From a virus (lineage: Duplodnaviria; Caudoviricetes): DNA of 57,947 nt. The position numbers and the translations under genes are program-made. The notes under the pieces are model-generated. The model did not search any database, had not been told where the DNA came from, and worked only from the letters and a program-made list of their open reading frames with translations. Positions 46,479 through 55,616 of the stretch are shown one piece after another (within the stretch, counting starts at the first letter, position 1; each line of letters starts with the position of its first letter). The stretch spans positions 1 to 57,947 of IMG/VR virus record IMGVR_UViG_3300038317_000024; one strand, given 5' to 3'.

Positions 46479-47612
46479 ATGTCGATAGAATTTAAGGCGC
46501 CGAGTTTTCTAAATGACCAGGACGCAGAGACGATCCACAAAAGGATGATGGAGGAACTACCTCCAGACATAGACGACACAGAGGGCGGCTTTCCTTGGGA
46601 TTTTACTAAACCAACAGCGCTCGAAAAGGCAGAGATGCTGGAGTTCCACCTAACAGAAACACTTAAAATTATGTTTCCGATGTGGGCGGAGGATCAGTGG
46701 CTCGACTTGCACGCAAAAGGCAGAGGCCTAACAAGAAAACCAGCCAACCCAGCATCAGGAACTCTCGCAATAACCGGCGTATCCGGAACGACAATACCTG
46801 CAGGTTTCAAATTTGCAGCACCGGCCATAGGAGATCAACCAGCAATCGAATACGAAACCAAAGAGAAATACACCATGGGCGAAAACGGAACGGTCGAAGT
46901 TCAAGTAACAGCGATAGAGGCAGGAACAAAAGGCAACGTACCAGCTGGATCCATAAACATTATGATGACGCCGATAAAAGGCATAACATCAATAACTAAT
47001 CCAGTGCCAATCACCGGCGGAGCTGAACAGGAAAGCAACGACGAGCTGCGCGGCCGAATTGACGAACTCGACGCGACAAGCGAGGCCAGCTTTGTAGGCA
47101 GCGACGGCGACTATAAACGATGGGCAGAGGAGGTACCCGGCGTAGGAACAGCGCTACCAATGCCAGAATGGGCAGGCCCAGGAACGGTGAAGATAGTAGT
47201 CATTGACGCCAACGGTCAACCGGCCAATGCAGCAATAATAACCGAAGTTTATAACAATATTATGAGCCCAGGCGATAGACTGCAGAGGAAGGCACCAGTA
47301 GGAGCCACAGTGACTATTGTAGCGCCAACAGCGAAGGACATAAATTATACCTTCCTGTTAGAAATCCAATCCGGAGAAGCGGAAGTAACCGTTCTGGAAC
47401 GTTTCAAAGCACAGCTTCAGACTTATTACATCGAAGCAAAGAAGGAAGGAGTGGTCCGATACACAAAGATAGGATCCATTTTGACAAGCACAAGCGGAGT
47501 AAAGGACTTCACCGGGCTCACAATAAACGAAGGCACCACAAACATCATTCTTGAAGAAGACGAATACCCGGTAACCGGAGTAATTGATCCAGCAGGAGGA
47601 GGTGGGGCTTAA
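46479..47612 (+). CDS. Baseplate J-like protein (XkdT-like)
   Basis: LDLHA..GLTRKPA, AGTKGNV, GGAEQESNDELR, DYKRWA, GPGTVKI. Confidence 0.9.
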   Translation: MSIEFKAPSFLNDQDAETIHKRMMEELPPDIDDTEGGFPWDFTKPTALEKAEMLEFHLTETLKIMFPMWAEDQWLDLHAKGRGLTRKPANPASGTLAITGVSGTTIPAGFKFAAPAIGDQPAIEYETKEKYTMGENGTVEVQVTAIEAGTKGNVPAGSINIMMTPIKGITSITNPVPITGGAEQESNDELRGRIDELDATSEASFVGSDGDYKRWAEEVPGVGTALPMPEWAGPGTVKIVVIDANGQPANAAIITEVYNNIMSPGDRLQRKAPVGATVTIVAPTAKDINYTFLLEIQSGEAEVTVLERFKAQLQTYYIEAKKEGVVRYTKIGSILTSTSGVKDFTGLTINEGTTNIILEEDEYPVTGVIDPAGGGGA

Positions 47613-48397
47613 TGATTGATTTAGAGAAGTTCCCGACCAGCCCTGCAGCCAAGAGAATGATGAAGACAGTCTCGCCGGTTTATGACAAGGCCTACGTAGG
47701 AAAGTGGATATTCCAGGTCATGGGGATGGAAGTAGATGAAGCATGGGCATTCTTTGAAGAGCTCCGGCTTCAGGCATTCCCAGAGACTGCAACATGGGGC
47801 ATTGTTTACTGGGAGCAGCGGTACCACATACCGCCAGATGATAGCCTAACGACCGAAGAGCGAAGGCAGCGTGTGATCGTAAAGAGAGGCAAGCGGTCAC
47901 CAATGAACCCAGCACGAATAGAGCAATTCACAAGAGACGTAACCGGAAGGCAAACCGTAGTAACGGAGCGCAACGAGGAGTACGTCTTTTTAGTTTCTAT
48001 TTTGCCAGGAGAATCAGAGGTTGACTACAGCGAGCTTATAAAAACCATACGCAGCGTGAAGCCTTCCCACCTTTCATTCAGTGTGCTGTTTCAGACCGAC
48101 GTAAGACTAACAATTCAGGCTACGAGCCAAGAGAAGTATTCATTCGGTTATACGCTTACCGGAACGGTGCCGGATACCAACACGGTCGGAGCGTTAGGAG
48201 AGAACAGTTTCATACTCGACGCAGACATGGAAGGTCACCCGTTCGATTACGAGGTAGCAGGAACCGGAGACACCGGGGAATATCCACAAACAAACACCAT
48301 AGGAAGCATAGAACAGGAAGCATTGATCCCCAGCATTTCAGCAACAGGATCAACTTTTAATTACCAGCTCTGCGGAGAAGCGGAGCGCGAGCTTTAG
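47612..48397 (+). CDS. DUF2313 / XkdU-like baseplate protein
   Basis: PETATWGIVYWEQRYHI..EERRQRV..KPSHL. Confidence 0.8.
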   Translation: MIDLEKFPTSPAAKRMMKTVSPVYDKAYVGKWIFQVMGMEVDEAWAFFEELRLQAFPETATWGIVYWEQRYHIPPDDSLTTEERRQRVIVKRGKRSPMNPARIEQFTRDVTGRQTVVTERNEEYVFLVSILPGESEVDYSELIKTIRSVKPSHLSFSVLFQTDVRLTIQATSQEKYSFGYTLTGTVPDTNTVGALGENSFILDADMEGHPFDYEVAGTGDTGEYPQTNTIGSIEQEALIPSISATGSTFNYQLCGEAEREL

Positions 48398-48406
48398 AAA
48401 GGAGGA

Positions 48407-48724
48407 ATGGCCATGGGATTATTAACAACTGAAGCGATTGAAGGTTACAAGGACTATACCAAAAAAACAATCGCATACGCCCAATACAAAGCAGGGGGCA
48501 CATATTACAAGGCAAAGATTTCTTCCGTATCCGTTCTACCGGACGGCAGACTGGCGGTTGATTTTCTAATCGACCACACGGTACCAGGCGATATAAACGT
48601 CACAGAGGTGCAGCTTTATAACACCAACAACAAGCTTTGGCTATCGAAACCAGAAAGCATACTCCGAAAGGACGTGCAAGAAGGAATTTTGTATAGGTTC
48701 ACATTCACAATTCAAGAAGGGTAG
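48407..48724 (+). CDS. Hypothetical baseplate/fibre-attachment protein
   Basis: Strong RBS; ITEVQLY-like motif; position. Confidence 0.6.
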   Translation: MAMGLLTTEAIEGYKDYTKKTIAYAQYKAGGTYYKAKISSVSVLPDGRLAVDFLIDHTVPGDINVTEVQLYNTNNKLWLSKPESILRKDVQEGILYRFTFTIQEG

Positions 48725-48732
48725 GTGAGAAA

Positions 48733-49254
48733 ATGTACAATCAAACAGAATGGAAAGACCACGTAACCCAATACCCGAGCAGGAGACGACTAACAACCAA
48801 TCCTGACGGATCAACGGAAGTGGTAAAGGAGCAAGGTCAAGTTATTCAACAAGGGACGCCACAGAGCGCGACCAACTTCAATAACCAAGAAAATGGCATT
48901 CAAGACGCGCATGCGGCCGCCGCAGTAATAATCCAGTATTTTATACAGTTTGAACGCTGGGTAAGGGAAAAGATAGCCGATTACGCGGCAGAATTCCTAA
49001 ATGAAATCAAGACCGTAACCCTTGTAAACGCAGGGGGCGTCGCTTTCTTTGCCGCTAATGCGCAGACGGTAAGCCTTGCCACAATAAGGAAAACACTAAA
49101 CTACGACGTAAGCTGGGAAATTACATCGGCAAACGGAAACGTCGGAGACATTACAGTAACAGACAAGCAGTTAAATGGTTTCAAGATTGCCTATGACGGA
49201 AGCGCAACCAGCGTAACACTAAAAATAAGAATTAGAGGAGGTATGCTTGTATGA
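48733..49254 (+). CDS. Tail fibre-associated protein
   Basis: WKDHV..GTPQSATNFNNQENGI; DKQLNGFKIAYDGSA. Confidence 0.65.
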   Translation: MYNQTEWKDHVTQYPSRRRLTTNPDGSTEVVKEQGQVIQQGTPQSATNFNNQENGIQDAHAAAAVIIQYFIQFERWVREKIADYAAEFLNEIKTVTLVNAGGVAFFAANAQTVSLATIRKTLNYDVSWEITSANGNVGDITVTDKQLNGFKIAYDGSATSVTLKIRIRGGMLV

Positions 49255-49604
49255 TGCAGATCATCGAGAAGAACGAAGGCAATAAAATAGCCTTTGAAGA
49301 AAATGGGACAATGGTATTCCTTGGAGATAACGAGCTAATGCTCAACGCATCCAAGTATCAGAGAGACTGGCCAGTGCATATTGACGTATGCAGCAACCGC
49401 GACAATCAACTTGTTGTTGGAACAGGAGAAGGCCTTTATTACGTAGCGCAGCTTGACATTCCCGCAGCAAAATACACCGAACCGCCAGAAGTTGAACCAG
49501 AGTACGGAACGGATGGGGAATCACCAAAGTTGATACCAATCGATATGAGCGAGGTAATATTGACACTTTGGAGCATTGAAAATCCTACGCCAGTAGAAAT
49601 TTAA
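49251..49604 (+). CDS. Hypothetical tail-associated protein
   Basis: RBS; directly upstream of the DGR target. Confidence 0.65.
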   Translation: MMQIIEKNEGNKIAFEENGTMVFLGDNELMLNASKYQRDWPVHIDVCSNRDNQLVVGTGEGLYYVAQLDIPAAKYTEPPEVEPEYGTDGESPKLIPIDMSEVILTLWSIENPTPVEI

Positions 49605-49619
49605 AGGAGGACACAAGAA

Positions 49620-50690
49620 ATGGCTAATTTTGATTTAGTAAACCTTGCCTTAAAGGCAACATGCCCAGCAAATGAAATAATACTGGACGACAAGGGGCTC
49701 CCAAGCGTAATGGTTCGAGTTCCGAAATTAAAAAATTCAGACTTGTACGCAGGAGGAGACTCCAGTACCCACCCTGCATGGTTAGTAAATGGAGTTGAAG
49801 TTCCGGAAATTTATATTTCCAAGTATCTCAATGTCGTTCGCGGAGGAAGAGCGTACAGTTTACCAGGAGAGGATCCGGCGTCAGGAATGACATGGGATAC
49901 AGCCAGATCATACTGCGAAGCCAAGGGTCGGGGATGGCATATGATGACGAAACCAGAATACGCAGCAATTGCACTATGGTGCAAGAAGAACGGCTTCATG
50001 CCATGGGGAAACAACAGCTACGGTAAAGACAGCCGTGAAACTTTAGTAAAAGCCATACCGGCCACATTTGACGGAGAAGGAAAAACACTTCACACATTGA
50101 CTGGAACCGGCCCTGTTGAATGGAGCCACGACAAAACAGTTAATGGAATTTTTGACTTAAACGGAAACGTGAGCGAATGGACAGGTGGAGTTAGAACAGT
50201 ATTCGGAGAAATACAGGTACAGCCGAACAACAACGGAGCGGATAGTTCTAATTTACAGACAGCAGTAGCAACAACATGGAGGGCGATAGACGCCACAACA
50301 GGCTTGTTTGTAGTTCCAAACGGAACAGGAACAACACCAAATTCCGTGAAGGTAGACTCTGTGGCCAGCAAACCACAGTTCAGATCCGCAATAGTAACCC
50401 AAAGCAGTGATTTCAGTGGAATAATCTCTGAAATCACATGCGATGCTTCGGTTTCAGCAGCAGCCCAAGCAGTGCTTAAGGCATACGGATTATTACCAGA
50501 CGACGCAGGATTTGATTATCAAGGAGACAGACTTTATTTCAATAACGTAGCAGACGAGCGCTTGTTCCACTCCGGCGGCCACTATATCAGCACCACGATC
50601 GCGGGCGTGTTCTACAGCGGCGGCTACTACTACTCGCGCACGGTCGCCAACGGCAGCATCGGCTTTCGCTCCGCTTATGTAAAACTGTAA
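49620..50690 (+). CDS. DGR target protein, probable receptor-binding protein with C-terminal C-lectin/FGE-like fold
   Basis: ISKY..GWHMMT..EY..GIFDLNGNVSEW..GG..IGFRSA; 3' end is the VR. Confidence 0.9.
   Translation: MANFDLVNLALKATCPANEIILDDKGLPSVMVRVPKLKNSDLYAGGDSSTHPAWLVNGVEVPEIYISKYLNVVRGGRAYSLPGEDPASGMTWDTARSYCEAKGRGWHMMTKPEYAAIALWCKKNGFMPWGNNSYGKDSRETLVKAIPATFDGEGKTLHTLTGTGPVEWSHDKTVNGIFDLNGNVSEWTGGVRTVFGEIQVQPNNNGADSSNLQTAVATTWRAIDATTGLFVVPNGTGTTPNSVKVDSVASKPQFRSAIVTQSSDFSGIISEITCDASVSAAAQAVLKAYGLLPDDAGFDYQGDRLYFNNVADERLFHSGGHYISTTIAGVFYSGGYYYSRTVANGSIGFRSAYVKL
50557..50675 (+). repeat. DGR variable repeat (VR)
   Basis: 119 bp, ungapped match to 51176-51294 with 14 mismatches. Confidence 0.95.
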
Positions 50691-50772
50691 TCTGGAGCTT
50701 GTAATCTGGCAAAGACCGCGATAGCGGGCGACAAATAACGCACAATGCAAACCACAGAAGGAGGAATTGATA

Positions 50773-51156
50773 ATGGAAGAGATAGAGGGCTATGGATTAC
50801 CGGAGGATCCAGATGATGATGAAGAGGAGCTCCTAATCGTTAAAAAGATTACGGATATGATGGAATACGCATATCTGGCACTGGCTCAATTTCCTCGTTC
50901 AGAAAAGCAAGCAATGGTGGCAGACATTAAGCGCTGCATTGATCGCCTGCTTGAACGGGCAATTGAAGCCAACAAGAAATACTTCAAAAAGAACACGTTA
51001 CAGGAAATGGACGTGGAACTTGCAAAATTAAAGAAATACATCCGCCTGGCGTACCGATTAAAGTTTTTACCGTACAAGAAATACAAGAACTGGACGGCAA
51101 TGACGAAGGAAATCGGGCGCATGCTGGGCGGCTGGATAAAGAGCACCAAAAGATAA
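50773..51156 (+). CDS. avd: DGR accessory variability determinant
   Basis: FPRSEK..LQEMDVELAKLK.YIRLA..EIGRMLGGWIK; between VR and TR. Confidence 0.92.
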   Translation: MEEIEGYGLPEDPDDDEEELLIVKKITDMMEYAYLALAQFPRSEKQAMVADIKRCIDRLLERAIEANKKYFKKNTLQEMDVELAKLKKYIRLAYRLKFLPYKKYKNWTAMTKEIGRMLGGWIKSTKR

Positions 51157-51175
51157 TTTTAGGGAATGCGGATAC

Positions 51176-51294
51176 AGCGCTTGTTCAACTCCGGCGGCAA
51201 CTATAACAACACCACGAACGCGGGCGTGTTCTACAGCAACGGCAACAACAACTCACGCACGAACGCCAACGGCAACATCGGCTTTCGCTCCGCT
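51176..51294 (+). repeat. DGR template repeat (TR)
   Basis: 12 AAC triplets; every difference from VR lies at a TR adenine. Confidence 0.95.
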
Positions 51295-51507
51295 CAATCC
51301 CATACGTCAGATGCCGGTACGCCCAAGGGATACCGGACAGTACAGGGAATAAGGATCCGCTTCCCTTACTTCCAGAACAAGGAGGTTAAAAAGAAAAACA
51401 GCAACAATTATAGATACAGGAGGCTGTAACTATGCGGGTGGAAGTAGTTTCATCCGGCCAGCGGTAGGGAGTCCGAGGCTCGAATTGTTGCGAATTTTTA
51501 TTATATT

Positions 51508-52638
51508 ATGGCGATTAGAAAAGTTTTTATGGAAATTACATCATTTCACAGTTTGTTGGTAGCAGAGCAGGAGGTAGCGAAAGGTAAGCGTGAAAAGAAA
51601 GAGACACTCGCATTTGAAGAGAACCTGGAGGACAGACTTCATGGAATCAGCCAGACGTTACGCTCCGGCAAAATACCAAAGGTTTATTATAAGAGTTTTC
51701 TTGTTTACGTACCGAAGGTAAGGAAAGTAATTTATATCGACTTCCAGAGCAAAGTCATTCAGCGAGCCATTTATGATGCAATTAACCCCAGGGTTTCAAA
51801 AGCATTCATAACAGACACATACTCATGCATAAAAGGACGCGGCCAAGTGGCTGCGTTCGATACTTTAAATAAATGGATAAAAGGAACAAGAACAGCGGGA
51901 GGAGAGTGGTATTATTACAAATTCGACGTAGCAAAATTCTTTTACCGGATAGATCATGAAATACTCATGGCCATTTGCGAAAAGAAAATAGACGACCCAA
52001 GGGCAGTCGATCTGATTAGGTATTATGTTTGCAGCACATCAAAGCCGTTCGGTTTGCCACTGGACGCAGACCACCTGACAATTGCAGAAGCAGAAATGCT
52101 GTGGGATTTAGGAATTCCAATAGGCGGAGGCTTAAGCCACATGCTGGGGAATATGTACATGGATCCACTGGATCAATACGCAAAGCGAGAGCTGGGCATT
52201 AAGCGATACATCCGGTACATGGACGATATAATCATCGTTGACAATGACAAGGAGCGCCTTCACGAGTACGGAAGAAAACTAACTGAATTCTTGGAGGAGC
52301 GACTAAAATTAAAATTCAACAGCAAAACAGCCCTACGGCCAGTTAAGTGCGGATGCGAATTTGTCGGTATTTTGGTTTACGACGACCACGCAATATTGAG
52401 GAAAAGTACATCGTTAAGGATGAAGAGACACATGCGCGAGGTAGCCGAGAACTACGCAGAAGGCAAGATTTCATTCGCAGAGGCTAACGCCACAGTACAG
52501 AGCTACAAGGCGATACTTGACAGGGTAGATTGTAAGAACTTCCGAGAGAAGCTATTTAAAGAATTCACATTAACACGTAATCCAAAAAGGACAGCAGAAG
52601 GGGAGGAACAACAGGATGGACGCAATGCAGATAATTGA
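51508..52638 (+). CDS. DGR reverse transcriptase
   Basis: PKVR, YSCIKGRG, KFDVAKFFYRIDH, GIPIGGGLSH, RYMDD, EFVG. Confidence 0.95.
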   Translation: MAIRKVFMEITSFHSLLVAEQEVAKGKREKKETLAFEENLEDRLHGISQTLRSGKIPKVYYKSFLVYVPKVRKVIYIDFQSKVIQRAIYDAINPRVSKAFITDTYSCIKGRGQVAAFDTLNKWIKGTRTAGGEWYYYKFDVAKFFYRIDHEILMAICEKKIDDPRAVDLIRYYVCSTSKPFGLPLDADHLTIAEAEMLWDLGIPIGGGLSHMLGNMYMDPLDQYAKRELGIKRYIRYMDDIIIVDNDKERLHEYGRKLTEFLEERLKLKFNSKTALRPVKCGCEFVGILVYDDHAILRKSTSLRMKRHMREVAENYAEGKISFAEANATVQSYKAILDRVDCKNFREKLFKEFTLTRNPKRTAEGEEQQDGRNADN

Positions 52639-52768
52639 CGCTCAGGCGGAAATTATACAAAAACAAAATGACATCATAGCTGCGATCGCTTCCCGACTTT
52701 TACAACATGAAGCGATCACACAAGAAGAGCTTCGCGAAATGGAGGTGAAGAATATCGATGCAAATTGA
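52616..52768 (+). CDS. Small coiled-coil protein (50 aa)
   Basis: GGGGAGG RBS; MDAMQIIDAQAEIIQKQNDII.. Confidence 0.5.
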   Translation: MDAMQIIDAQAEIIQKQNDIIAAIASRLLQHEAITQEELREMEVKNIDAN

Positions 52769-53075
52769 TGCGACAGCAATGCTGGTTTTTATGGGCGTAC
52801 CGAGCGCGTTCACAGGCCTATGCTTTTGGGCAATCCAGAAGAGCTTAACAAAGCGCGACAACAAAAGAGATGAGAGGGAGAAGGACAGAGAAAAAAATGA
52901 GCTCCTACTTATACGCAGTGTAGGAGCAGCAATCGCGCTGGGAGAGGCTACAGCACACGCGATCAGAGACGGGAAATGCAATGGAGAAATGAGTGCAGCA
53001 CTTGAATACGCCCAAAAGGTGAAGCATGAACAAAAGGATTTCATGACAGAGCAGGGAGTCAAGAATTTATATTAG
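52758..53075 (+). CDS. Single-TM lysis-module protein (holin-associated)
   Basis: N-terminal TM, charged middle, GKCNGEMSAAL. Confidence 0.65.
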   Translation: MQIDATAMLVFMGVPSAFTGLCFWAIQKSLTKRDNKRDEREKDREKNELLLIRSVGAAIALGEATAHAIRDGKCNGEMSAALEYAQKVKHEQKDFMTEQGVKNLY

Positions 53076-53086
53076 GAGGCGAATCT

Positions 53087-53410
53087 ATGACAGCAAAGAA
53101 AAGCCAAAAGAGAAAACAAAAGGCTCCTAAAAAGAAGAAGAGGATCGAGTTCTCAAAGTTAATATTTGGAGGTGTATCAGTAGCGACCATAGCAGTGGTC
53201 GTTTTTTCATGCCGAATGATATACACCACAGGAGACCTTTCACCGCTCGCATACCTTATTCCGTCGGTATTTGCAGAGCTGGCCACAGCAACCGGCTTTT
53301 ATTACAGAAAAGCCCAGAAAGAGAATGAGTTGAAGATACCTCACTACCTGGCCAATCAGAACACGACCGGTAGCGATGAAGGAGCAACGATCAATGAAAA
53401 TATTCAATGA
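53087..53410 (+). CDS. Two-TM holin-like protein
   Basis: Basic N-terminus, EFSKLI + TM, TM + GFYYRKAQKEN. Confidence 0.65.
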   Translation: MTAKKSQKRKQKAPKKKKRIEFSKLIFGGVSVATIAVVVFSCRMIYTTGDLSPLAYLIPSVFAELATATGFYYRKAQKENELKIPHYLANQNTTGSDEGATINENIQ

Positions 53411-53426
53411 AAAGGAGGAAAGAGAC

Positions 53427-53522
53427 ATGGACGACAAGATCAAAATCACCGAAGAAAAGGATTTAAACAAAGAAGCACTCGACGAATTGTCGAATGGGAA
53501 AGGAGACGACGAAAATGAGTAA
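53427..53522 (+). CDS. 31-aa acidic peptide overlapping the endolysin start
   Basis: AAAGGAGG RBS; MDDKIKITEEKDLNKEALDELSNGKGDDENE*. Confidence 0.4.
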   Translation: MDDKIKITEEKDLNKEALDELSNGKGDDENE

Positions 53523-54516
53523 TAGCCCTTTAGTTGACTACACCAAAATATCGCCCAACAGGACGAGTCCGAGAAAACAAGCAATTGACACAATAACAAT
53601 CCATTGTGTCGTAGGCCAGTGCTCAGTAGAAACCCTCGGAAATGTTTTTGCACCAGCAACGCGCCAGGCAAGCTCCAACTACGGAATCGGATACGACGGC
53701 AGGATCGGAATGTACTGCGAGGAAAAAGACCGCTCCTGGTGCACTTCGTCCAGCGCAAACGATAACCGAGCAATTACTATCGAAGTGGCCAGCGATACCA
53801 CACACCCATATGCAGTAACAGGCAAAGCACTCGCAGCATTGATTGAGCTTTGCGCAGACATCTGTAAGAGGAACAATATCAAGCAGCTCCTATGGAAGGG
53901 AGACAAGAATCTTATCGGACAGGTGGATAAGCAGAACATGACTGTTCACCGCTGGTTTGCAAGCAAATCATGCCCGGGAGACTACTTATACAACAAACAC
54001 CCATACATCGCGGCAGAAGTAAACAAAAGACTTGGAGCAGGCACAGCTCCGTCCACCGGATCCGGCACACTTTACTACGTGCAGACCGGAGCGTATTCAA
54101 ACAAAGCGAATGCAGATGCGCAATACAACAGGGTAAAAACGGCAGGCTTTGAAGCAATAATGAAAAAAGCGGGCAATCTTTACAGGGTGCAGGTAGGCGC
54201 ATATTCCCAAAAGGCAAATGCGGATGCAATGGCAACCAGGCTGAAAGCTGCAGGGTTTGAAACTTACGTAACGACAACCGGAGGGACACAGGTAGCTGCA
54301 GGATCCACGCCAGCACCGTCACCAACAAAGACAATTAAGGTAGGAAGCAAAGTCAAGGTTAGATCCGGAGCAAGGACATACACCGGAGGAAGCCTATCAG
54401 ACTTTGTTTATAACACTGTTTATGACGTGCAGCAGATAGACGGAAAAAGAGTAGTAATAGGCCTTAAAGGTCAAGTCACAGCAGCCATAAAGCTGGAAGA
54501 CTTGATACTTCAATAA
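53515..54516 (+). CDS. Endolysin: N-acetylmuramoyl-L-alanine amidase with two SPOR-like repeats
   Basis: ITIHCVVG, ASSNYGIG, ITIEVAS, HRWFASKSCPG; YYVQTGAYS and YRVQVGAYS repeats. Confidence 0.92.
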   Translation: MSNSPLVDYTKISPNRTSPRKQAIDTITIHCVVGQCSVETLGNVFAPATRQASSNYGIGYDGRIGMYCEEKDRSWCTSSSANDNRAITIEVASDTTHPYAVTGKALAALIELCADICKRNNIKQLLWKGDKNLIGQVDKQNMTVHRWFASKSCPGDYLYNKHPYIAAEVNKRLGAGTAPSTGSGTLYYVQTGAYSNKANADAQYNRVKTAGFEAIMKKAGNLYRVQVGAYSQKANADAMATRLKAAGFETYVTTTGGTQVAAGSTPAPSPTKTIKVGSKVKVRSGARTYTGGSLSDFVYNTVYDVQQIDGKRVVIGLKGQVTAAIKLEDLILQ

Positions 54517-54531
54517 GAGGAGGAAAAACAA

Positions 54532-54972
54532 ATGAGCGAAAACATGACCGAAATTCTAACAACCATCATCCAGGTGGTAATCATACCGGCGATCCCGGTT
54601 TTAGTCACATACCTGGTGAAATTCCTGAAGGCGAAGGCTGATCAGACGACAACCAAGATAGACAACGATTTGATCAAAGCCTATCTGCAGGAAGCAACCG
54701 ACGCAGTCCTTCAGGCTGTGGTATACACAACCCAGACATACGTCGATGCGCTGAAAAAGCAGGGCAAGTTTGATGCAACAGCGCAAAAGGTAGCATTTAC
54801 CCAAGCAAAAGACGTAGCGCTAAAATTATTAACAGAAGAAGCCAAGCAGATGATCACAGACTTATACGGAGACATTACAATATGGCTCGACACCAAGATA
54901 GAGCAGACGGTGAACGAGCAAAAGGCATTCACACTCACCGGGCTGCAGCCCATTCAGGAAATAGAAGCCTAA
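54532..54972 (+). CDS. Holin-like protein (N-terminal TM)
   Basis: TM followed by AVVYTTQTYVDALKK..WLDTKIEQTV. Confidence 0.7.
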   Translation: MSENMTEILTTIIQVVIIPAIPVLVTYLVKFLKAKADQTTTKIDNDLIKAYLQEATDAVLQAVVYTTQTYVDALKKQGKFDATAQKVAFTQAKDVALKLLTEEAKQMITDLYGDITIWLDTKIEQTVNEQKAFTLTGLQPIQEIEA

Positions 54973-54994
54973 AAAAACAACCGATATGAATCGG

Positions 54995-55029
54995 AGCCCC
55001 AGAGAACGCAAACTCTGGGGCTTTTTTTG
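54995..55029 (+). terminator. Late-operon intrinsic terminator
   Basis: AGCCCCAGAG / CTCTGGGGCT perfect 10-bp stem followed by T-run. Confidence 0.85.
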
Positions 55030-55043
55030 TTGCCCAAAAATAA

Positions 55044-55114
55044 ATCTCGGAATTCGAGAAATTGTCGTTGACTATTAACCGACGTCGGTTTATAGTGTTC
55101 TCAAGAATTGAGAA
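55044..55114 (+). promoter_or_regulatory. SigmaA promoter flanked by two repressor-type operators, with a 26-bp palindrome
   Basis: ATCTCGgaattCGAGAA 55044-55060; TTGACT(55068)-17 bp-TATAGT(55091); TTCTCAagaatTGAGAA 55098-55114. Confidence 0.85.
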
Positions 55115-55127
55115 GGAGGAACAAACA

Positions 55128-55409
55128 ATGACAAAGCAAGAATTTAAGGATCTCACAAAGAGAGATTTCACAGACGCAGAATACACAGCGATCGAAACGG
55201 TTTACACCTTCCACCCTTCCATAAGCGAAACCGAAGGAAAGAAGCAGATCGCCAACCTTTACGACACGTACGGAATCAGGATCATAGCCGACATGCTACC
55301 GACAGCAAACAAAGCAAGAGATTATGAAGAAAATATCACCAAGAAGAGACACGAGCTGGAAGAGCTTCAGGAGGAGTTCAAAACATTTAAGCACCCATTA
55401 AGTGCATAA
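55128..55409 (+). CDS. Hypothetical protein, first gene of terminal operon
   Basis: AGGAGG RBS before ATG 55128 (MTKQEF..IETVYTFHP). Confidence 0.75.
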   Translation: MTKQEFKDLTKRDFTDAEYTAIETVYTFHPSISETEGKKQIANLYDTYGIRIIADMLPTANKARDYEENITKKRHELEELQEEFKTFKHPLSA

Positions 55410-55421
55410 GGAGGAAAAACG

Positions 55422-55616
55422 ATGTTAAACCCAAAGAACCTGGCCAATGGTCAAGAGCAACATGAAACATTTAAGAGCAGCATAGCAAGGAAGAAAGCGG
55501 TACAGTACGATTACAGGCACACCGACGGAGAATTATTCTCCTGCGTAAAGCCAACACTGGAAGCCTGTAGGCAGGCAAAAGATAACTGGATTAGCAAGAA
55601 GGAGGAGAATAGATGA
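55422..55616 (+). CDS. DUF3873-like small protein
   Basis: VQYDYRHTDGELFSCVKPTLEACR. Confidence 0.7.
   Translation: MLNPKNLANGQEQHETFKSSIARKKAVQYDYRHTDGELFSCVKPTLEACRQAKDNWISKKEENR

Larger units (their letters stand above)
49620..52638 (+). mobile_element. Diversity-generating retroelement (target/VR, avd, TR, RT)
   Basis: All four components in canonical order; adenine-specific TR/VR mismatches. Confidence 0.97.

Noticed and set aside
51166-51429. 87-aa Asn-rich ORF
   Set aside because: It is the DGR template repeat read in frame (AAC-rich); TR functions as RNA and there is no convincing RBS
51508-52638. Group II intron, retron or Abi reverse transcriptase
   Set aside because: No maturase or endonuclease extension; adjacent avd and TR/VR define it as a DGR RT
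55062-55127. Upstream extension of the first terminal-operon ORF
   Set aside because: It covers the promoter and operators; ATG 55128 has the RBS
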